64,000 bases of DNA. Source: Gemmatimonadales bacterium (lineage in GTDB: Bacteria; Gemmatimonadota; Gemmatimonadetes; Gemmatimonadales; GWC2-71-9). Position numbers and translations under genes: made by a program. The notes under the pieces are model-generated. The model searched no databases. It was not told the DNA's origin and saw only the letters and a list, made by a program, of their open reading frames with translations. Shown piece after piece: positions 49,952 through 61,775 of this stretch. Each line of letters opens with the position of its first letter. Position 1 is the stretch's first letter. Location: NCBI GenBank assembly GCA_037189525.1, contig JBBCJC010000005.1, forward strand, positions 64,001 through 128,000, in the 5' to 3' direction.

Positions 49952-51295
49952 CTACGTTGCGACCGGCAGGCGCCGCTTGACCTCGAGATTGAGGAGCCAG
50001 AGAGCAAAGATGGCGTGCACGGTCGTGGCCACCACAGAGACCCGCCAGGTCCAGTGCAGCTGGAAGCCCGGCAGCCGCGAAACCCAGATCGCCGGCCCGA
50101 CGAAGACCACCAGACGGACCGTGCTGCTGATGATCGACGGCAAGGTGTTCCCCATGGCCTGGAACAGCCCGGAACAGGTAAAAACCAGCCCGGATGCCAC
50201 GAAATTCCACGAAATCGTGCGCAAAAAATCAGTAGCGACAATGACTACCGCTTCGTCACCCGCAAATGGACGTACCAGCCATTCCGGACGCCAGTGCGCA
50301 AAAAGTGTCATCGTCACCATCACCGCCGACCCGATCCGGGCCGCCGCCCAGAACGTCTCACGCACCCGCTGGTAATTCCGCGCCGCCACATTCTGCCCGG
50401 CCACCGGCGCCGCGGCAAACGCCACCGCCATGGCGGGGAGGAAAATCGCCTGCATCACGCGGGAGCCGACGCCGTAGCCCGCCTGCGCGGCCGATCCGAA
50501 ATCCCGAATAATCCAGTAGACTACCGCCATCGACAGAAACATCAGGGCAAACTCGCCCCCGGCGGGCACCCCGATCCGGAACAACCGTTTCCAGGTGGCC
50601 AGGTCGGGACGAATCAAGGCGGAGTCATAGCCGACGAAACGGTCGAACCGGCGGAAGTAGGCGTACAGAACGAAGACGCCGATTGCTACGGAAATGGTGC
50701 TGGCCAGCGCCGCCCCGGCCACGCCCAGCGGCCGCCCGGTGCCCCACCCCGCAATCAGGATCGGCGCCAGCAGCGCATTGAGGAGCACCGTGAACATCTG
50801 CAGCACCATGGTCGGCTTGGTGATGCCGTGCCCTCGCAGCGCCGACCCCATCGAGACCAGCGCAAACTGCAGAGCTAGCGCCGGCAGGAACCAGTAGAGA
50901 TAGGTCACTCCGGCTGTGATGGTTGCCGCATCGGCGGCCACGAACTCGAGATACGGACGCGCCAGGAACGCCCCCGCACCCAGCACCAGCATACCGGCGC
51001 CGGCGGCGAGGACCAGACTCTGATTGAAGACCAGATTGGCGTCGTGACGGTCTTTGCGTCCGGCCGCGTGCGCAATCAAAACCATGGTGCCGATCCCGAG
51101 CACCTGGGTCAGCGCCATCACGATGAACTGGACGTTCCCCGCGGCGCTGACGCCGGCAATTGCCGCTTCCCCCAGCCGCGCAACGAAGTAGAGGTCGACC
51201 ATCAGATAGAGCGTTTGAAATACCATTCCGATGGCGAGCGGAATCGCCAGGCGGACGATATGCTTGGGGATAGAACCGACGGTAAGATCGTGCAC
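49952..51295 (-). CDS. MATE family efflux transporter
   Basis: DLTVGSI..I..LAIP, ~12 TMs, GQNV motif. Confidence 0.93.
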   Translation of the reverse strand: MHDLTVGSIPKHIVRLAIPLAIGMVFQTLYLMVDLYFVARLGEAAIAGVSAAGNVQFIVMALTQVLGIGTMVLIAHAAGRKDRHDANLVFNQSLVLAAGAGMLVLGAGAFLARPYLEFVAADAATITAGVTYLYWFLPALALQFALVSMGSALRGHGITKPTMVLQMFTVLLNALLAPILIAGWGTGRPLGVAGAALASTISVAIGVFVLYAYFRRFDRFVGYDSALIRPDLATWKRLFRIGVPAGGEFALMFLSMAVVYWIIRDFGSAAQAGYGVGSRVMQAIFLPAMAVAFAAAPVAGQNVAARNYQRVRETFWAAARIGSAVMVTMTLFAHWRPEWLVRPFAGDEAVVIVATDFLRTISWNFVASGLVFTCSGLFQAMGNTLPSIISSTVRLVVFVGPAIWVSRLPGFQLHWTWRVSVVATTVHAIFALWLLNLEVKRRLPVAT

Positions 51296-51346
51296 GAGGT
51301 CTGGTCGAGGTTGATGAACGAGAACGGGAATCGAGTATGAAGGCCG

Positions 51347-51970
<624 letters not shown>

Positions 51971-51983
51971 TTACACTCCCAGA

Positions 51984-52026
51984 TGAGCATCGTTCTCACA
52001 TGGGAATAATTCTCATTTATTATCAT
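51984..52026. promoter_or_regulatory. Tandem Fur-box-like operators
   Basis: TGAGCATCGTTCTCA (51984-51998) and TGGGAATAATTCTCA (52001-52015), 7-1-7 type, upstream of a siderophore receptor. Confidence 0.75.
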
Positions 52027-52041
52027 CGAGGCATCTCACTC

Positions 52042-54468
52042 ATGAAGAAGCCGAAGAAGAAGCGGTCAGCCGATCACCCAGGCGACCGTCTGACCGACCC
52101 TGCCCCCGTTCCGGCGGACCAACCCGCCACCCGATTGGCCCTCCCCGGCAAACTGGCCCTGGCTGGCAGCCTGCTAACCGGCGCGTTCTTCGGATGGCTG
52201 ACCCCCGACATCGCGGAAGCCCAGGTTCCCACCGATCCCGAATCGACTCGCCAGACCGTCCGACAGTTCGACATTGCCCCCGGCACCCTTCGGACCGTCC
52301 TGGAACAGTTCCAGGCTCAGACCCGGATTCGCACCATTCCCCCGGCCGGGATCTCACTCGATGCTCCATCACCCGGCCTGACCGGTGCCTTTACACCGGA
52401 AGCCGCGTTGCGACAGATCCTCACGGGGACCTATCTGACCTTCCGGTTCGAAGGGCCCACGCTCGTTCGCCTCGTGCGCGCGGCGCCCGATGCGGATACC
52501 CCGGTCCGCCTGGCCGAGGTAACCGTCGCCGCGGCTCCGGTGCCCGCGCCAAGTTCGCCGAAACTCAACGGACCGCTGCGGGACACGCCCCAGACGATCA
52601 CCATCGTCTCGTCGAAGCTGATCGAGCAGCAGGGCGCGGTGACCCTGCGCCAGGTCCTCCGCAACGTACCCGGCGTGACCATCAACGCCGGTGAAGGAGG
52701 CGCCACTCCCGGCGACAATTTCAACGTGCGTGGCTTCAGCGCCCGCGGCGACATGTTCGTCGACGGCGTCCGGGATCTCGCCGGATTCAGTCGCGAGTCG
52801 TTCAACATCGAACAGGTCGAGGTGGTCAAAGGACCGGCGTCGACCTACAGCGGACGGGGCTCGACCGGCGGCTCGATCAACACCGTGAGCAAAACGCCCA
52901 AGGCCAGCACCCTGCGGCAGATCCAGGCCGGGATCGGCAGCGCAGACTATCAACGGGTCACCGCCGACCTCAATCAGCCGCTGGGCAACGGCGCCGCCGT
53001 CCGGGTCAACGCGCTCTATCACGATGCGGATATACCGGCCGTGGATGTCGTCACCAGCCGCAACTGGGGCATCGCGCCGTCCGTCGCCATCGGCCTGGGT
53101 TCCCGAACCCCGGTGAGCGTCAGCTACGCACATCTCGATATCAAGGGGATTCCCGGCTACGGGATTCAGACCTTCGACAGCGTGCCGCAGCAGTTCGATA
53201 CCCACAAGTTCGTCGGCCTGCTCGCCCGGGATCACGAGTACGTGAAGACCGACCAGGCCACTGCCCGAATCGAGCACCACATCTCACCGAGCCTCCGGGT
53301 CAGCAACCAGTTGGGCTATTCCAAAGCCAGCGTCGACCGGGTCATCACCTTTGCCGGATTCAACGGCGCGCGTTCGTCACGCTCGCACGTCACGTCCGAT
53401 GAAGCCCTGGCCAACCAGACCAACCTGACCGCCGAGTTCGGCACCAGACAGGTGGGACACCGGCTCTCGGTGGGAGTCGATTATACCCGGGAGGAAGGCA
53501 CCTTTACCAACTGGGCGCTCTCGGCCCCGCCGGCCATCACCAACCTTGCCAATCCCAACCCGAACGATCCGGTCACCGGAACGCCGACGCTCAATCCGGC
53601 GCGGCGAACCGTGGGCAAGACCCTCGCCGTCTATGCCTTCGAAACACTGCGGCTGGGCGACAAGATCGAACTGAGCGGTGGACTCCGCTGGGACGACTTC
53701 AGCCCCGAATTCTACCCGGCGTCGAACGCCACCACGATCCCCGACCCGCCGGCCCAGGCATCGGTGCTCAACTGGCGCGCAGGAGCCGTCTTCAAACCGC
53801 GGCCGAACGGCAGCATTTACGCGGCCTATTCGACCTCGTTCAATCCGTCGCTCCAGACGATCCAGTACGAGGGCACCAGCACGCTCGATCCGGAGCGCAA
53901 CCGCAGTCTCGAAGTTGGTACCAAATGGGACGTCGCGGACGGCCGGCTGGCCCTGTCCGCCGCGATCTTCCGCACCGACAAAACCAACGCGCGCACCTCG
54001 GATCCAAACGATCCGGCGCTTGGTACGGTACTCGAAGGAGAACAACGGGTTCAGGGTTTCGAGCTGGGCGCCACCGGGTATCTGACCCCGGCCTGGAGCC
54101 TGTTCTTCGGCTACAGCTATATGGATAGCGAGATCCTCAAATCCCGTAACGCGTCCCAAGTGGGCTCCGGGATGCCGAACGTACCGAAGCACAGCCTCTC
54201 GGCCTGGACCAGCTACGCCGTCGACCAGCGTCTCGATGTCGCGCTGGGCGCCCGCTTCGTCGACGATCGTCTCCTGTCGCTCGGGCGCACCACCATGGTG
54301 CCGAAGTACTGGGCATTCGATGCGACGGGCAGCTACCGCATCCTCAAGGAGCTCGCGCTCAAGATCGAAGTGCACAACCTGACGGACGAACTGTACTACG
54401 AAAGCGGGCGATTCTGGACACCCGCGCCTGGTCGGTCGGTCCGCATGTCGACCCTGATTTCCTTCTGA
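52042..54468 (+). CDS. TonB-dependent siderophore receptor (Fiu/PiuA-like) with N-terminal STN-like domain
   Basis: [39 protein letters not shown]-terminal F; paired with piuC. Confidence 0.9.
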   Translation: MKKPKKKRSADHPGDRLTDPAPVPADQPATRLALPGKLALAGSLLTGAFFGWLTPDIAEAQVPTDPESTRQTVRQFDIAPGTLRTVLEQFQAQTRIRTIPPAGISLDAPSPGLTGAFTPEAALRQILTGTYLTFRFEGPTLVRLVRAAPDADTPVRLAEVTVAAAPVPAPSSPKLNGPLRDTPQTITIVSSKLIEQQGAVTLRQVLRNVPGVTINAGEGGATPGDNFNVRGFSARGDMFVDGVRDLAGFSRESFNIEQVEVVKGPASTYSGRGSTGGSINTVSKTPKASTLRQIQAGIGSADYQRVTADLNQPLGNGAAVRVNALYHDADIPAVDVVTSRNWGIAPSVAIGLGSRTPVSVSYAHLDIKGIPGYGIQTFDSVPQQFDTHKFVGLLARDHEYVKTDQATARIEHHISPSLRVSNQLGYSKASVDRVITFAGFNGARSSRSHVTSDEALANQTNLTAEFGTRQVGHRLSVGVDYTREEGTFTNWALSAPPAITNLANPNPNDPVTGTPTLNPARRTVGKTLAVYAFETLRLGDKIELSGGLRWDDFSPEFYPASNATTIPDPPAQASVLNWRAGAVFKPRPNGSIYAAYSTSFNPSLQTIQYEGTSTLDPERNRSLEVGTKWDVADGRLALSAAIFRTDKTNARTSDPNDPALGTVLEGEQRVQGFELGATGYLTPAWSLFFGYSYMDSEILKSRNASQVGSGMPNVPKHSLSAWTSYAVDQRLDVALGARFVDDRLLSLGRTTMVPKYWAFDATGSYRILKELALKIEVHNLTDELYYESGRFWTPAPGRSVRMSTLISF

Positions 54469-54533
54469 CACCTCAACGGGCCGTCCGCGCACCTTGCGGA
54501 CGGCCGCACTTGCCCTACGAAACGAGTCCATCG

Positions 54534-55214
54534 ATGCTGTTCCATATCCCGGAGGTGCTGACGGCGGCGCAGGTTGCTGAGGTGCGCGCCCAACTCGACC
54601 AGGCCGTCTGGGTCGACGGTAAGGTCACGGCCGGTCACCAGTCCGCCCAGGCCAAGCACAACGAACAGGTGCCGGAAGATCATCCGGTCGCCCGCCAGCT
54701 GGGCGATCTGATCCTCCAGGCCCTGCAGCACCATCCGACCTTCATTGCCGCGGCGCTGCCGCTCAAGGTCTTCCCGCCGCTGTTCAACCGGTACCAGGGC
54801 GGACAAGCCTTCGGCACACACGTCGACAATGCCATCCGCCAGGTTGTCGGTACTCCGTTCCGGATTCGGACCGATCTGTCGGCCACCCTCTTTCTGAGCG
54901 CCCCCGACGAATACGACGGCGGTGAGCTCGCCATCGAGGACACCTACGGGGTCCACAGCGTCAAGCTGCCGGCCGGCCATCTGGTGCTCTACCCTTCGAC
55001 CAGCCTTCACCATGTCCGACCCGTGACCCGCGGCGCCCGGGTCGCGTCGTTCTTCTGGCTCCAGAGCATGGTGCGCGACGACGGCCAACGGGCGCTCCTC
55101 TGGGACCTCGACACCGCCATCCAACACATCGGTCGAGATGTCCCCGACCACCCGGCCACGGTACAGTTGACGGGCGTATATCACAACCTGATCCGCCGCT
55201 GGGCCGACGCCTAA
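54534..55214 (+). CDS. piuC: Fe(II)/2OG-dependent PKHD-type hydroxylase (PiuC/YbiX)
   Basis: [48 protein letters not shown]. Confidence 0.92.
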   Translation: MLFHIPEVLTAAQVAEVRAQLDQAVWVDGKVTAGHQSAQAKHNEQVPEDHPVARQLGDLILQALQHHPTFIAAALPLKVFPPLFNRYQGGQAFGTHVDNAIRQVVGTPFRIRTDLSATLFLSAPDEYDGGELAIEDTYGVHSVKLPAGHLVLYPSTSLHHVRPVTRGARVASFFWLQSMVRDDGQRALLWDLDTAIQHIGRDVPDHPATVQLTGVYHNLIRRWADA

Positions 55215-55288
55215 CGTCCCTCCCCAAACGACGATGTCCCGCAACGCACCGAGCGCTGCGGGACATGGTCATGAACCGGCAAAGAGAA

Positions 55289-57886
55289 TCAGCGGCGCTC
55301 GATCGTCAACTCGCTCCCGCTCCGGTCGACCAGAACGGTATCACCCTCCTCGTAGCTTCCCGCCAGCAGAGCCGATGCGATCGGATTCTGCAGCATGCGC
55401 TGGATCGCGCGCTTGAGCGGGCGCGCACCATAGACCGGATCGTAGCCCCGCTCGGCCAGCAGCGAACGAGCCTCCGGCGTGACCTCCAGTACCAGGTTCT
55501 TGGCGCGCACCAGTGCCGCCAGCCGCTCGACCTGCAGGTCGACGATGCGGGCAATGTCCCGCTCCGACAGCGGATGGAAGACGACGATGTCGTCGACCCG
55601 GTTGAGGAACTCCGGCCGGAAATGGCTCCTGAGTTCGGTGCGGACCCGGTCTTCGACCGCCGACCACTGCTCCGTCCCGACCACCGCCGCGGCATCGACG
55701 ATCAGATGGCTCCCGATGTTGGAGGTCATGATCACCACGGTGTTCCGGAAGTCGACCTGTCGCCCCTGGCTGTCGGTCAGACGGCCGTCATCGAGCAACT
55801 GCAGGAGGACGTTGAACACGTCCGGATGCGCCTTCTCGATTTCGTCGAACAGAACCACGCTGTACGGGCGCCGGCGGACGGCTTCAGTGAGCTGGCCGCC
55901 CTCTTCGTACCCGACGTATCCCGGCGGCGCGCCGATCATCCGGGCCACCGAGTGCTTCTCCATATACTCCGACATGTCGAGCCGGACCATCGCCCGCTCG
56001 TCGTCGAAGAGGAACTCGGCCAGGGCTCGCGCCGTTTCCGTTTTACCGACACCGGTCGGGCCCAGGAAGATGAACGAGCCGGTCGGCCGATGCGGGTCCT
56101 GCAACCCGGCCCGGCTCCGTCGCACCGCGTTGGCCACCGCAGCAAGCGCTTCGGCCTGGCCCACCACCCGGTGGCCAAGTTCGGCCTCGAGCTTCGAGAG
56201 CCGCTCCCGTTCGGATTCGAGCATCCGGGTTACCGGAATCCCGGTCCACCGCGCGACGATCTCGGCGATGTCCTCGTAATCGACCTCTTCCTTGAGGTAC
56301 TTGGCGTTGGCCTGGATCGACGCCAGTCGCTCCTCTTCCCGCGCAATCTCCTGCTCCAGCGCCGGAATTCGTCCATAGCGAAGCTCGGCCGCCTTCTGCA
56401 GATCGCCGCGACGGGTGACCTGATCGACCTCGGTCTTGAGCTGCTCCGCCTCCGCCTTCTTGCTCTGCAAGAGGTGGATCGCCGCCTTCTCGGCCTGCCA
56501 CTGCGCCTTCATCCCCGCCGACGTCTCCTTGAGCTCGGCAATTTCCCGCTCGACGGCCTCACGGCGCTCGACACCGGCCTTGTCCTTTTCCTTGAGCAGA
56601 GCCTGGCGCTGGATCTCGAGCTGCAGCACTCGACGCTCGACCTCGTCGATTTCGAGCGGCATGCTGTCGATTTCGATCCGCAGCTTGCTGGCCGCTTCGT
56701 CGACCAGGTCGATGGCTTTGTCCGGCAGGAAACGATCGCCGATGTAGCGATCGCTCAAGGTCGCCGCCGCCACCAGCGCGTTGTCGGTAATCCGCACGCC
56801 GTGATGGACTTCGTACTTCTCCTTGAGCCCCCGCAAAATCGCGATGGTGTCCTCGACACTCGGCGCCCCGACCACCACCGGCTGGAAGCGCCGTTCGAGC
56901 GCCGCATCCTTTTCGACATGCTTGCGGTACTCGTCCAGCGTGGTCGCACCCACGACATGGAGTTCGCCCCGCGCCAGGGCGGGCTTGAGCATGTTGCTCG
57001 CGTCGACCGCGCCCTCGGCGGCGCCAGCCCCCACCAGGGTATGCAGCTCGTCGATAAAGACGATGAAGCGCCCCTCCGCTTCGGTCAGTTCCTTGACGAC
57101 CGACTTGAGGCGCTCCTCGAACTCGCCACGGTACTTGGCGCCGGCCAGCAGCTGGCCGATGTCGAGTGCGACGATCTCCTTGTCCCGGAGGCTCTCCGGT
57201 ACGTCACCCTCCACGATCCGCTGCGCCAGCCCCTCGACGATGGCCGTTTTACCCACGCCCGGCTCACCGATCAAAACCGGATTGTTCTTGGTGCGACGAG
57301 AGAGAACCTGCATGACCCGGCGGACCTCTTCGTCCCGGCCGATGACCGGATCGAGTTTTCCGGCGCGGGCCTGATCGGTCAGGTTCCGGGTAAAGCGCTC
57401 CAGCGCCTGGTATTTGTCTTCGGGCGACTGATCGGTCACCCGATGGCTGCCGCGGACCCCGGCCAGGGCATCCCGCAGATCGTCGGCGCTGACGCCGAGC
57501 CCGGTGATGATCATCCGGGCGGCGGAGCCTTTTTCGTCGACCAGGGCGAGCAGAAGGTGCTCGGTGGAGACGTAATTGTCGCCCAGTTCCTTGGCGTCCT
57601 TTTCGGCCCGATCGAACACCGCATGGAGTTCCCGGCTCAGGGTCGGCTCGACCCCGCCGGACTGGGTCGGCAGCTTGGCGAGCTCCCGTTCCGCCGCGTC
57701 GACCAGCGCCGTCACATTGAGTCCAGCCTTCTGCAGCAACGGGCGGACGACCCCTTCTTCCTGCTCCAGTAGAGCAGCGAAGAGATGGGCGTCATTGGCG
57801 ACGGGATTGCCGCGGCTCTTCGCAAGCTCGATGGCATCGCGAAAGGCTTCCTGCCCCTTGATCGTCAAACGTTCCGGTCGAATCAT
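55289..57886 (-). CDS. clpB: ATP-dependent chaperone ClpB
   Basis: Two AAA modules ([16 protein letters not shown]), coiled-coil middle domain, GARPLKR. Confidence 0.97.
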   Translation of the reverse strand: MIRPERLTIKGQEAFRDAIELAKSRGNPVANDAHLFAALLEQEEGVVRPLLQKAGLNVTALVDAAERELAKLPTQSGGVEPTLSRELHAVFDRAEKDAKELGDNYVSTEHLLLALVDEKGSAARMIITGLGVSADDLRDALAGVRGSHRVTDQSPEDKYQALERFTRNLTDQARAGKLDPVIGRDEEVRRVMQVLSRRTKNNPVLIGEPGVGKTAIVEGLAQRIVEGDVPESLRDKEIVALDIGQLLAGAKYRGEFEERLKSVVKELTEAEGRFIVFIDELHTLVGAGAAEGAVDASNMLKPALARGELHVVGATTLDEYRKHVEKDAALERRFQPVVVGAPSVEDTIAILRGLKEKYEVHHGVRITDNALVAAATLSDRYIGDRFLPDKAIDLVDEAASKLRIEIDSMPLEIDEVERRVLQLEIQRQALLKEKDKAGVERREAVEREIAELKETSAGMKAQWQAEKAAIHLLQSKKAEAEQLKTEVDQVTRRGDLQKAAELRYGRIPALEQEIAREEERLASIQANAKYLKEEVDYEDIAEIVARWTGIPVTRMLESERERLSKLEAELGHRVVGQAEALAAVANAVRRSRAGLQDPHRPTGSFIFLGPTGVGKTETARALAEFLFDDERAMVRLDMSEYMEKHSVARMIGAPPGYVGYEEGGQLTEAVRRRPYSVVLFDEIEKAHPDVFNVLLQLLDDGRLTDSQGRQVDFRNTVVIMTSNIGSHLIVDAAAVVGTEQWSAVEDRVRTELRSHFRPEFLNRVDDIVVFHPLSERDIARIVDLQVERLAALVRAKNLVLEVTPEARSLLAERGYDPVYGARPLKRAIQRMLQNPIASALLAGSYEEGDTVLVDRSGSELTIERR

Positions 57887-57976
57887 CGATTCCTCGAGTC
57901 AGTCATTCGTGCCGCGACGGCTTCGCCTGCCAGCTCGTCTTTCATTTTAGGTAACATTTCCACGTCAGACGAAGAG

Positions 57977-57991
57977 GCAACCGCCGTACCT
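57977..57991 (-). promoter_or_regulatory. Putative sigma54 promoter of clpB
   Basis: Minus strand AGGTAC-GGCGG-TTGC with correct GG-N10-GC spacing. Confidence 0.5.
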
Positions 57992-58088
57992 TGGAAATCG
58001 GCCTGTATGGCACAACACCAACGACATGAATGACAATAGCTTACCTCGTGTTACCTAAGACCCTATCTTGGCTGCGCCGAAATGGCAG

Positions 58089-58859
58089 CTACTTCGCCGG
58101 ATGAACCCAACTCGGCTCGGACCAGAAGCCCAATGCCGGCAGCGCGGCCCCGTCTCCCAGGTGGTACCGGACGTAGCGATCGAGCAGCCGACGGTGCGCC
58201 GCCAGGTAGCGGCCGTCCAGCGCGGGCAGGTCGCCCCGCCCCTCGATCAGCGCCTCCAGGTCCCGCAGATCGTCCGGGCTCAATCGGCTGGTCTCGACCG
58301 TACGCGCGCAGGTTGGGCAGAGCACCCCGCCGTGGGCCGGGGAGAACGCGACAGCCCCCTGCTCCCGCCGAACCGGCATCCCGTCGCGAGCGCAGACGCC
58401 CAGCGTCGGAGCAAAGCCGAGATGCGCCACGAGGCCCCAGATCGAGCGGAGCCCCACGACGGCGACCACCTCCGCCGGGATCCCCTCCAGCACGTCGAGG
58501 GCATGACGAAAGAAGTCGTAGGTCGCGGCGTGCCGGTCGCTGGGGGCAAACCGGAGCATCAACTCGCCCAGGACCGTGGCCACGGCGTAGCGCTCGATGT
58601 TGGTCGCCAGCGCTTCGGGAACGCGGCCGACGTCGAACGCGCTCAGGGTGTGGAGATCGGAATGGCGGGCCAGGTGGATCGTCGCGGTTCCGTCGCTCAA
58701 GATCTGGAGCGAGGCACCGAAGGCACTGCGGGGTCGCCGGGCGCCCTTGGCAATGACGCTGACGACGCCGAGTTCCCGGGTCGCCAGCCGGGCAATCTTC
58801 GAGCTTTCACCGTACGGGATGGTGGACAGAATGGTGGCCGGTGTTTCGATCGGGGCCAT
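58089..58859 (-). CDS. recO: DNA repair protein RecO
   Basis: YGESSKI...G.V...AKGARRPRS OB-fold; LGFAP.L..C; GG.LCP.C. Confidence 0.92.
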   Translation of the reverse strand: MAPIETPATILSTIPYGESSKIARLATRELGVVSVIAKGARRPRSAFGASLQILSDGTATIHLARHSDLHTLSAFDVGRVPEALATNIERYAVATVLGELMLRFAPSDRHAATYDFFRHALDVLEGIPAEVVAVVGLRSIWGLVAHLGFAPTLGVCARDGMPVRREQGAVAFSPAHGGVLCPTCARTVETSRLSPDDLRDLEALIEGRGDLPALDGRYLAAHRRLLDRYVRYHLGDGAALPALGFWSEPSWVHPAK

Positions 58860-58890
58860 GGAACCCGTTACCTCGGCCGACCAGGCCGGA

Positions 58891-59979
58891 TCACTGGGCC
58901 GTCAGCCCGACTTGCCCGCCCAGTCCCGGCAACTGAACCAGCGTCACGGCCACCGGGCAGACGCCAACCGCGAGGTCCCGCGCCTGCGTCAGGTCCGGCC
59001 GGAAGACCCGGAGACGGCCGGCCTGGCCGGTTTCGCATCCAGTGGCCTCGATTGCGTAGATCCGGCCGGCGGGGTCAACCGCTGCCGCAACGTTACTCAG
59101 GACGAAGATCCCCTCGCCGGCGCCGCGGACCACCCGACGGGTCCGGGTGTTGAACTCCATCAGCCCGTCGCGAATCGAGGTCACGAACAGGCGCTCGGCG
59201 CCGTCGGAGGCCACCCCCCAAGGCACGAAGCCAAAGCCGGCAAAGCTGCCGACCTCCTGCCGCTGGATCGGATCGACGATGCTGAGCCGGCCGGAGACCT
59301 CGCTGGTCGTGTCGCCGGTGCTGACGATGTAGATGAGCCCGTCCCCGCCGAGCGTGGCAGACCGGGCGTTGCCGGGACTGGGCAGCGGAATCGAGTCGCG
59401 GCCGACGGCCCGCGCGTTGGTCTGCGGATCGACCACCGTGATCCAGCTCTCACCGAGCGAGCAGGTCCCTTCCGGACAGGGTTCCACGTTGGCATTGATC
59501 ACGAACAGACGGCCGCGCGTCACGACCAGATCGCGCGGGTACTGGCCCACCTCCACGCTCGCGGTGTCGCCCGTGGTGAGGTTGAGCCGAGTAACGGTAT
59601 TGGTCCCGGCATTCGCGACGTAGGCGACCTCTTCGCTGAGCAACACCACGGCGGACGGCTTGGATCCGGCCGGAAACGTGTACCAGTCCCGGACGTCTTC
59701 CATCCGAAGGTCAAAGACAGCGACGGAGTCGGTGGTGAGGCTCGACACGATGGCGACCCTGCCAACCGCGGAGACATCGGACGCCCCGCCCCGGAGGCCG
59801 GGCGCCAGGATCTTGCGCGACGGCCGCCCAACCTCGGTCGGAATGAGCGAGAGGGTATTTTCGCCGGCATTGACGACGAGAAGTCGTTCTTCGGGCGGCG
59901 GCAGCGGTTCCGTGGTCGCGGCGCAACCCGCCAGACCACCGACCAACAGGAGCGGAAGGAAACGATCGACGACAGCCAT
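58891..59979 (-). CDS. YncE/YVTN beta-propeller lipoprotein (BtuG-like)
   Basis: Lipobox LAGC; AYVANAGTNTV and VG..P repeats; follows the ABC genes. Confidence 0.75.
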   Translation of the reverse strand: MAVVDRFLPLLLVGGLAGCAATTEPLPPPEERLLVVNAGENTLSLIPTEVGRPSRKILAPGLRGGASDVSAVGRVAIVSSLTTDSVAVFDLRMEDVRDWYTFPAGSKPSAVVLLSEEVAYVANAGTNTVTRLNLTTGDTASVEVGQYPRDLVVTRGRLFVINANVEPCPEGTCSLGESWITVVDPQTNARAVGRDSIPLPSPGNARSATLGGDGLIYIVSTGDTTSEVSGRLSIVDPIQRQEVGSFAGFGFVPWGVASDGAERLFVTSIRDGLMEFNTRTRRVVRGAGEGIFVLSNVAAAVDPAGRIYAIEATGCETGQAGRLRVFRPDLTQARDLAVGVCPVAVTLVQLPGLGGQVGLTAQ

Positions 59980-60027
59980 CTCAGGAACGATACCGGGACC
60001 GACCGGTTCCGGGCAAATGGAGCCCGG

Positions 60028-60810
60028 TCAGGCTCCGCTCGGCTGACGTCTCGGCACGATCTGCGGCACCCCATCCTCCAGGCGAATCCGCACCGGCCAG
60101 GCAAAGACGCGCTCGATCAGCTCGGGCTCCAGAACCTCGGTCGGGGGGCCGCTCGCGACGGTCCGGCCCTCGTGCATCAGCACCATGGTGTCGGCAAAGC
60201 GCGCGGCCAGGTTGAGATGATGGGTCACCACGAGGCTGGCCATCCCGCCGTCGGTCAGCCGGCGCACCAGTTCGAAGATCTCCATCTCGTGGCCCAGGTC
60301 GAGCGACGCCGTGGGTTCATCCAGCAGCAGGATCGCGGGCTCCTGCGCCAGCGCCCGCGCAATCCGAACCCGCTGCCATTCGCCGCCCGACAGGGTATCG
60401 ATCCGGCGACCGATCAGATGGCTCACGTCGGCCCGCGCCAACCCCGCGGCAATGGCAGCCCGGTCGCCGGGGCCAAGCGGTTCGAGCGCACCAAGCCAGG
60501 CATAGCGGCCGAACCCGACCAGTTCTTCGACCCGCCAGGAAAACGGATAGTCCTCCCGCTGCGCCACGGCGGCAATGCGCCGGGCCCGATCCCGGGCGGT
60601 CCAGCTGTCGATCGAGCGTCCCTCGAGTTCGACCCGGCCGGCGTTCGGCGCTACCGCCCCGATCAGCGTCCGCAGCAAGCTGGTCTTGCCGCTGCCGTTG
60701 GGACCGACCACGGCAACCAGCCGCCCGGGCTCGACCGTCAGGCTAACGTCGTCGACCGCCGGACGGCCGACGCCCGGATAGCGAAGGGTCACGCCATGCG
60801 CGGCAAGCAT
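60028..60810 (-). CDS. Iron/cobalamin ABC transporter ATPase (BtuD/FecE-like)
   Basis: GPNGSGKT, LSGGEWQRV.IARALAQ, DEPTASLD. Confidence 0.92.
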   Translation of the reverse strand: MLAAHGVTLRYPGVGRPAVDDVSLTVEPGRLVAVVGPNGSGKTSLLRTLIGAVAPNAGRVELEGRSIDSWTARDRARRIAAVAQREDYPFSWRVEELVGFGRYAWLGALEPLGPGDRAAIAAGLARADVSHLIGRRIDTLSGGEWQRVRIARALAQEPAILLLDEPTASLDLGHEMEIFELVRRLTDGGMASLVVTHHLNLAARFADTMVLMHEGRTVASGPPTEVLEPELIERVFAWPVRIRLEDGVPQIVPRRQPSGA

Positions 60811-61775
60811 CAGGCCAGCGACCGCCGCACCAGCGCGGCAAAGAGCGGCACGCCGATCAACGCGGTGATCGCGCCGATCGGCAGTTCCGCGGGCCGAAGG
60901 ACGGTGCGCGCGACCGCGTCCGCCAGAATCAGCAGCCCGCCACTGGCCACGAACACGGCGGGCAGCAGCGCCGCGTGCCGAGGACCGACCCAACCGCGCA
61001 TGGCATGCGGAGCGAGCAGGCCGACGAACCCGATCATCCCGCTGACCGCGACGCTGGCGGCGGTGAGCAACGCGGTGGCCAGAAAGACGAGCCGTTTGGT
61101 CCGCTCGGTCCGGAGCCCCAGCGCATGGGCCGGTTCATCGCCCAGGGAAAGGAGGTCGAGCGAGCGGGACGCGCCGAAGAGATAGAGGAGCGGCAGCACG
61201 GCGTAGAGGACGAACGCGGTCACGGCCGGCCAGCTCGCCGCCGCGAAGCCGCCCAGCAGCCAGAGAAACGCGTTGCGAAGCTGGGCCGCCTCCGACAAGG
61301 CCAGGAGCGCCGAGGTGAGGGCTCCGCAGAGCGCGGCAACCACCACGCCCACCAGCACCAAAACCCGAGGTTCGAGCCGGGTTCCCTGCACCACCGCCAC
61401 GCTGTAGACGGCCGCGGATGCCGCCAGGGCGCCGACGAATGCCGCAGTCGGCACCGCAAAGAGCCCAGCAAAGCCGAGCGCAATTGCCGCAACCGCTCCC
61501 AGCCCTGCGCCGCCCGAAATGCCCAGCAGATATGGCTCTGCCAGCGGGTTCCGCACCAGCGCCTGGAGCGCAGCGCCGGACACGCCGAGCGCGCCACCGA
61601 CGGCAAAGGCCAGGAGGATCCGCGGCAAGCGAAGCTGCCAGACGATGGCCCCGGCCGGTCCGTCGGGGTGCAGCACCCCGTCGATGACTTGCGGGATCGG
61701 CATGGCCACCGCGCCAATGGCCAGCGCCAGCAGAATTGCCGCCACGGTCGCGAGACCCAACAGCAGCAGTTTCAT
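60810..61775 (-). CDS. FecCD/BtuC family permease
   Basis: LRLPR, RNPLAEPYLLGISGGA, GMIGFVGL, ELPIG. Confidence 0.93.
   Translation of the reverse strand: MKLLLLGLATVAAILLALAIGAVAMPIPQVIDGVLHPDGPAGAIVWQLRLPRILLAFAVGGALGVSGAALQALVRNPLAEPYLLGISGGAGLGAVAAIALGFAGLFAVPTAAFVGALAASAAVYSVAVVQGTRLEPRVLVLVGVVVAALCGALTSALLALSEAAQLRNAFLWLLGGFAAASWPAVTAFVLYAVLPLLYLFGASRSLDLLSLGDEPAHALGLRTERTKRLVFLATALLTAASVAVSGMIGFVGLLAPHAMRGWVGPRHAALLPAVFVASGGLLILADAVARTVLRPAELPIGAITALIGVPLFAALVRRSLA

Noticed and set aside
49783..50241. N-terminal extension of the 1180-aa SusC ORF
   Set aside because: Overlaps the MATE gene; an RBS and signal peptide support the start at 49782.
54479..54505. Hairpin between the siderophore receptor and piuC as a terminator
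   Set aside because: No U-tract follows; more likely an mRNA stability or processing stem within the operon.
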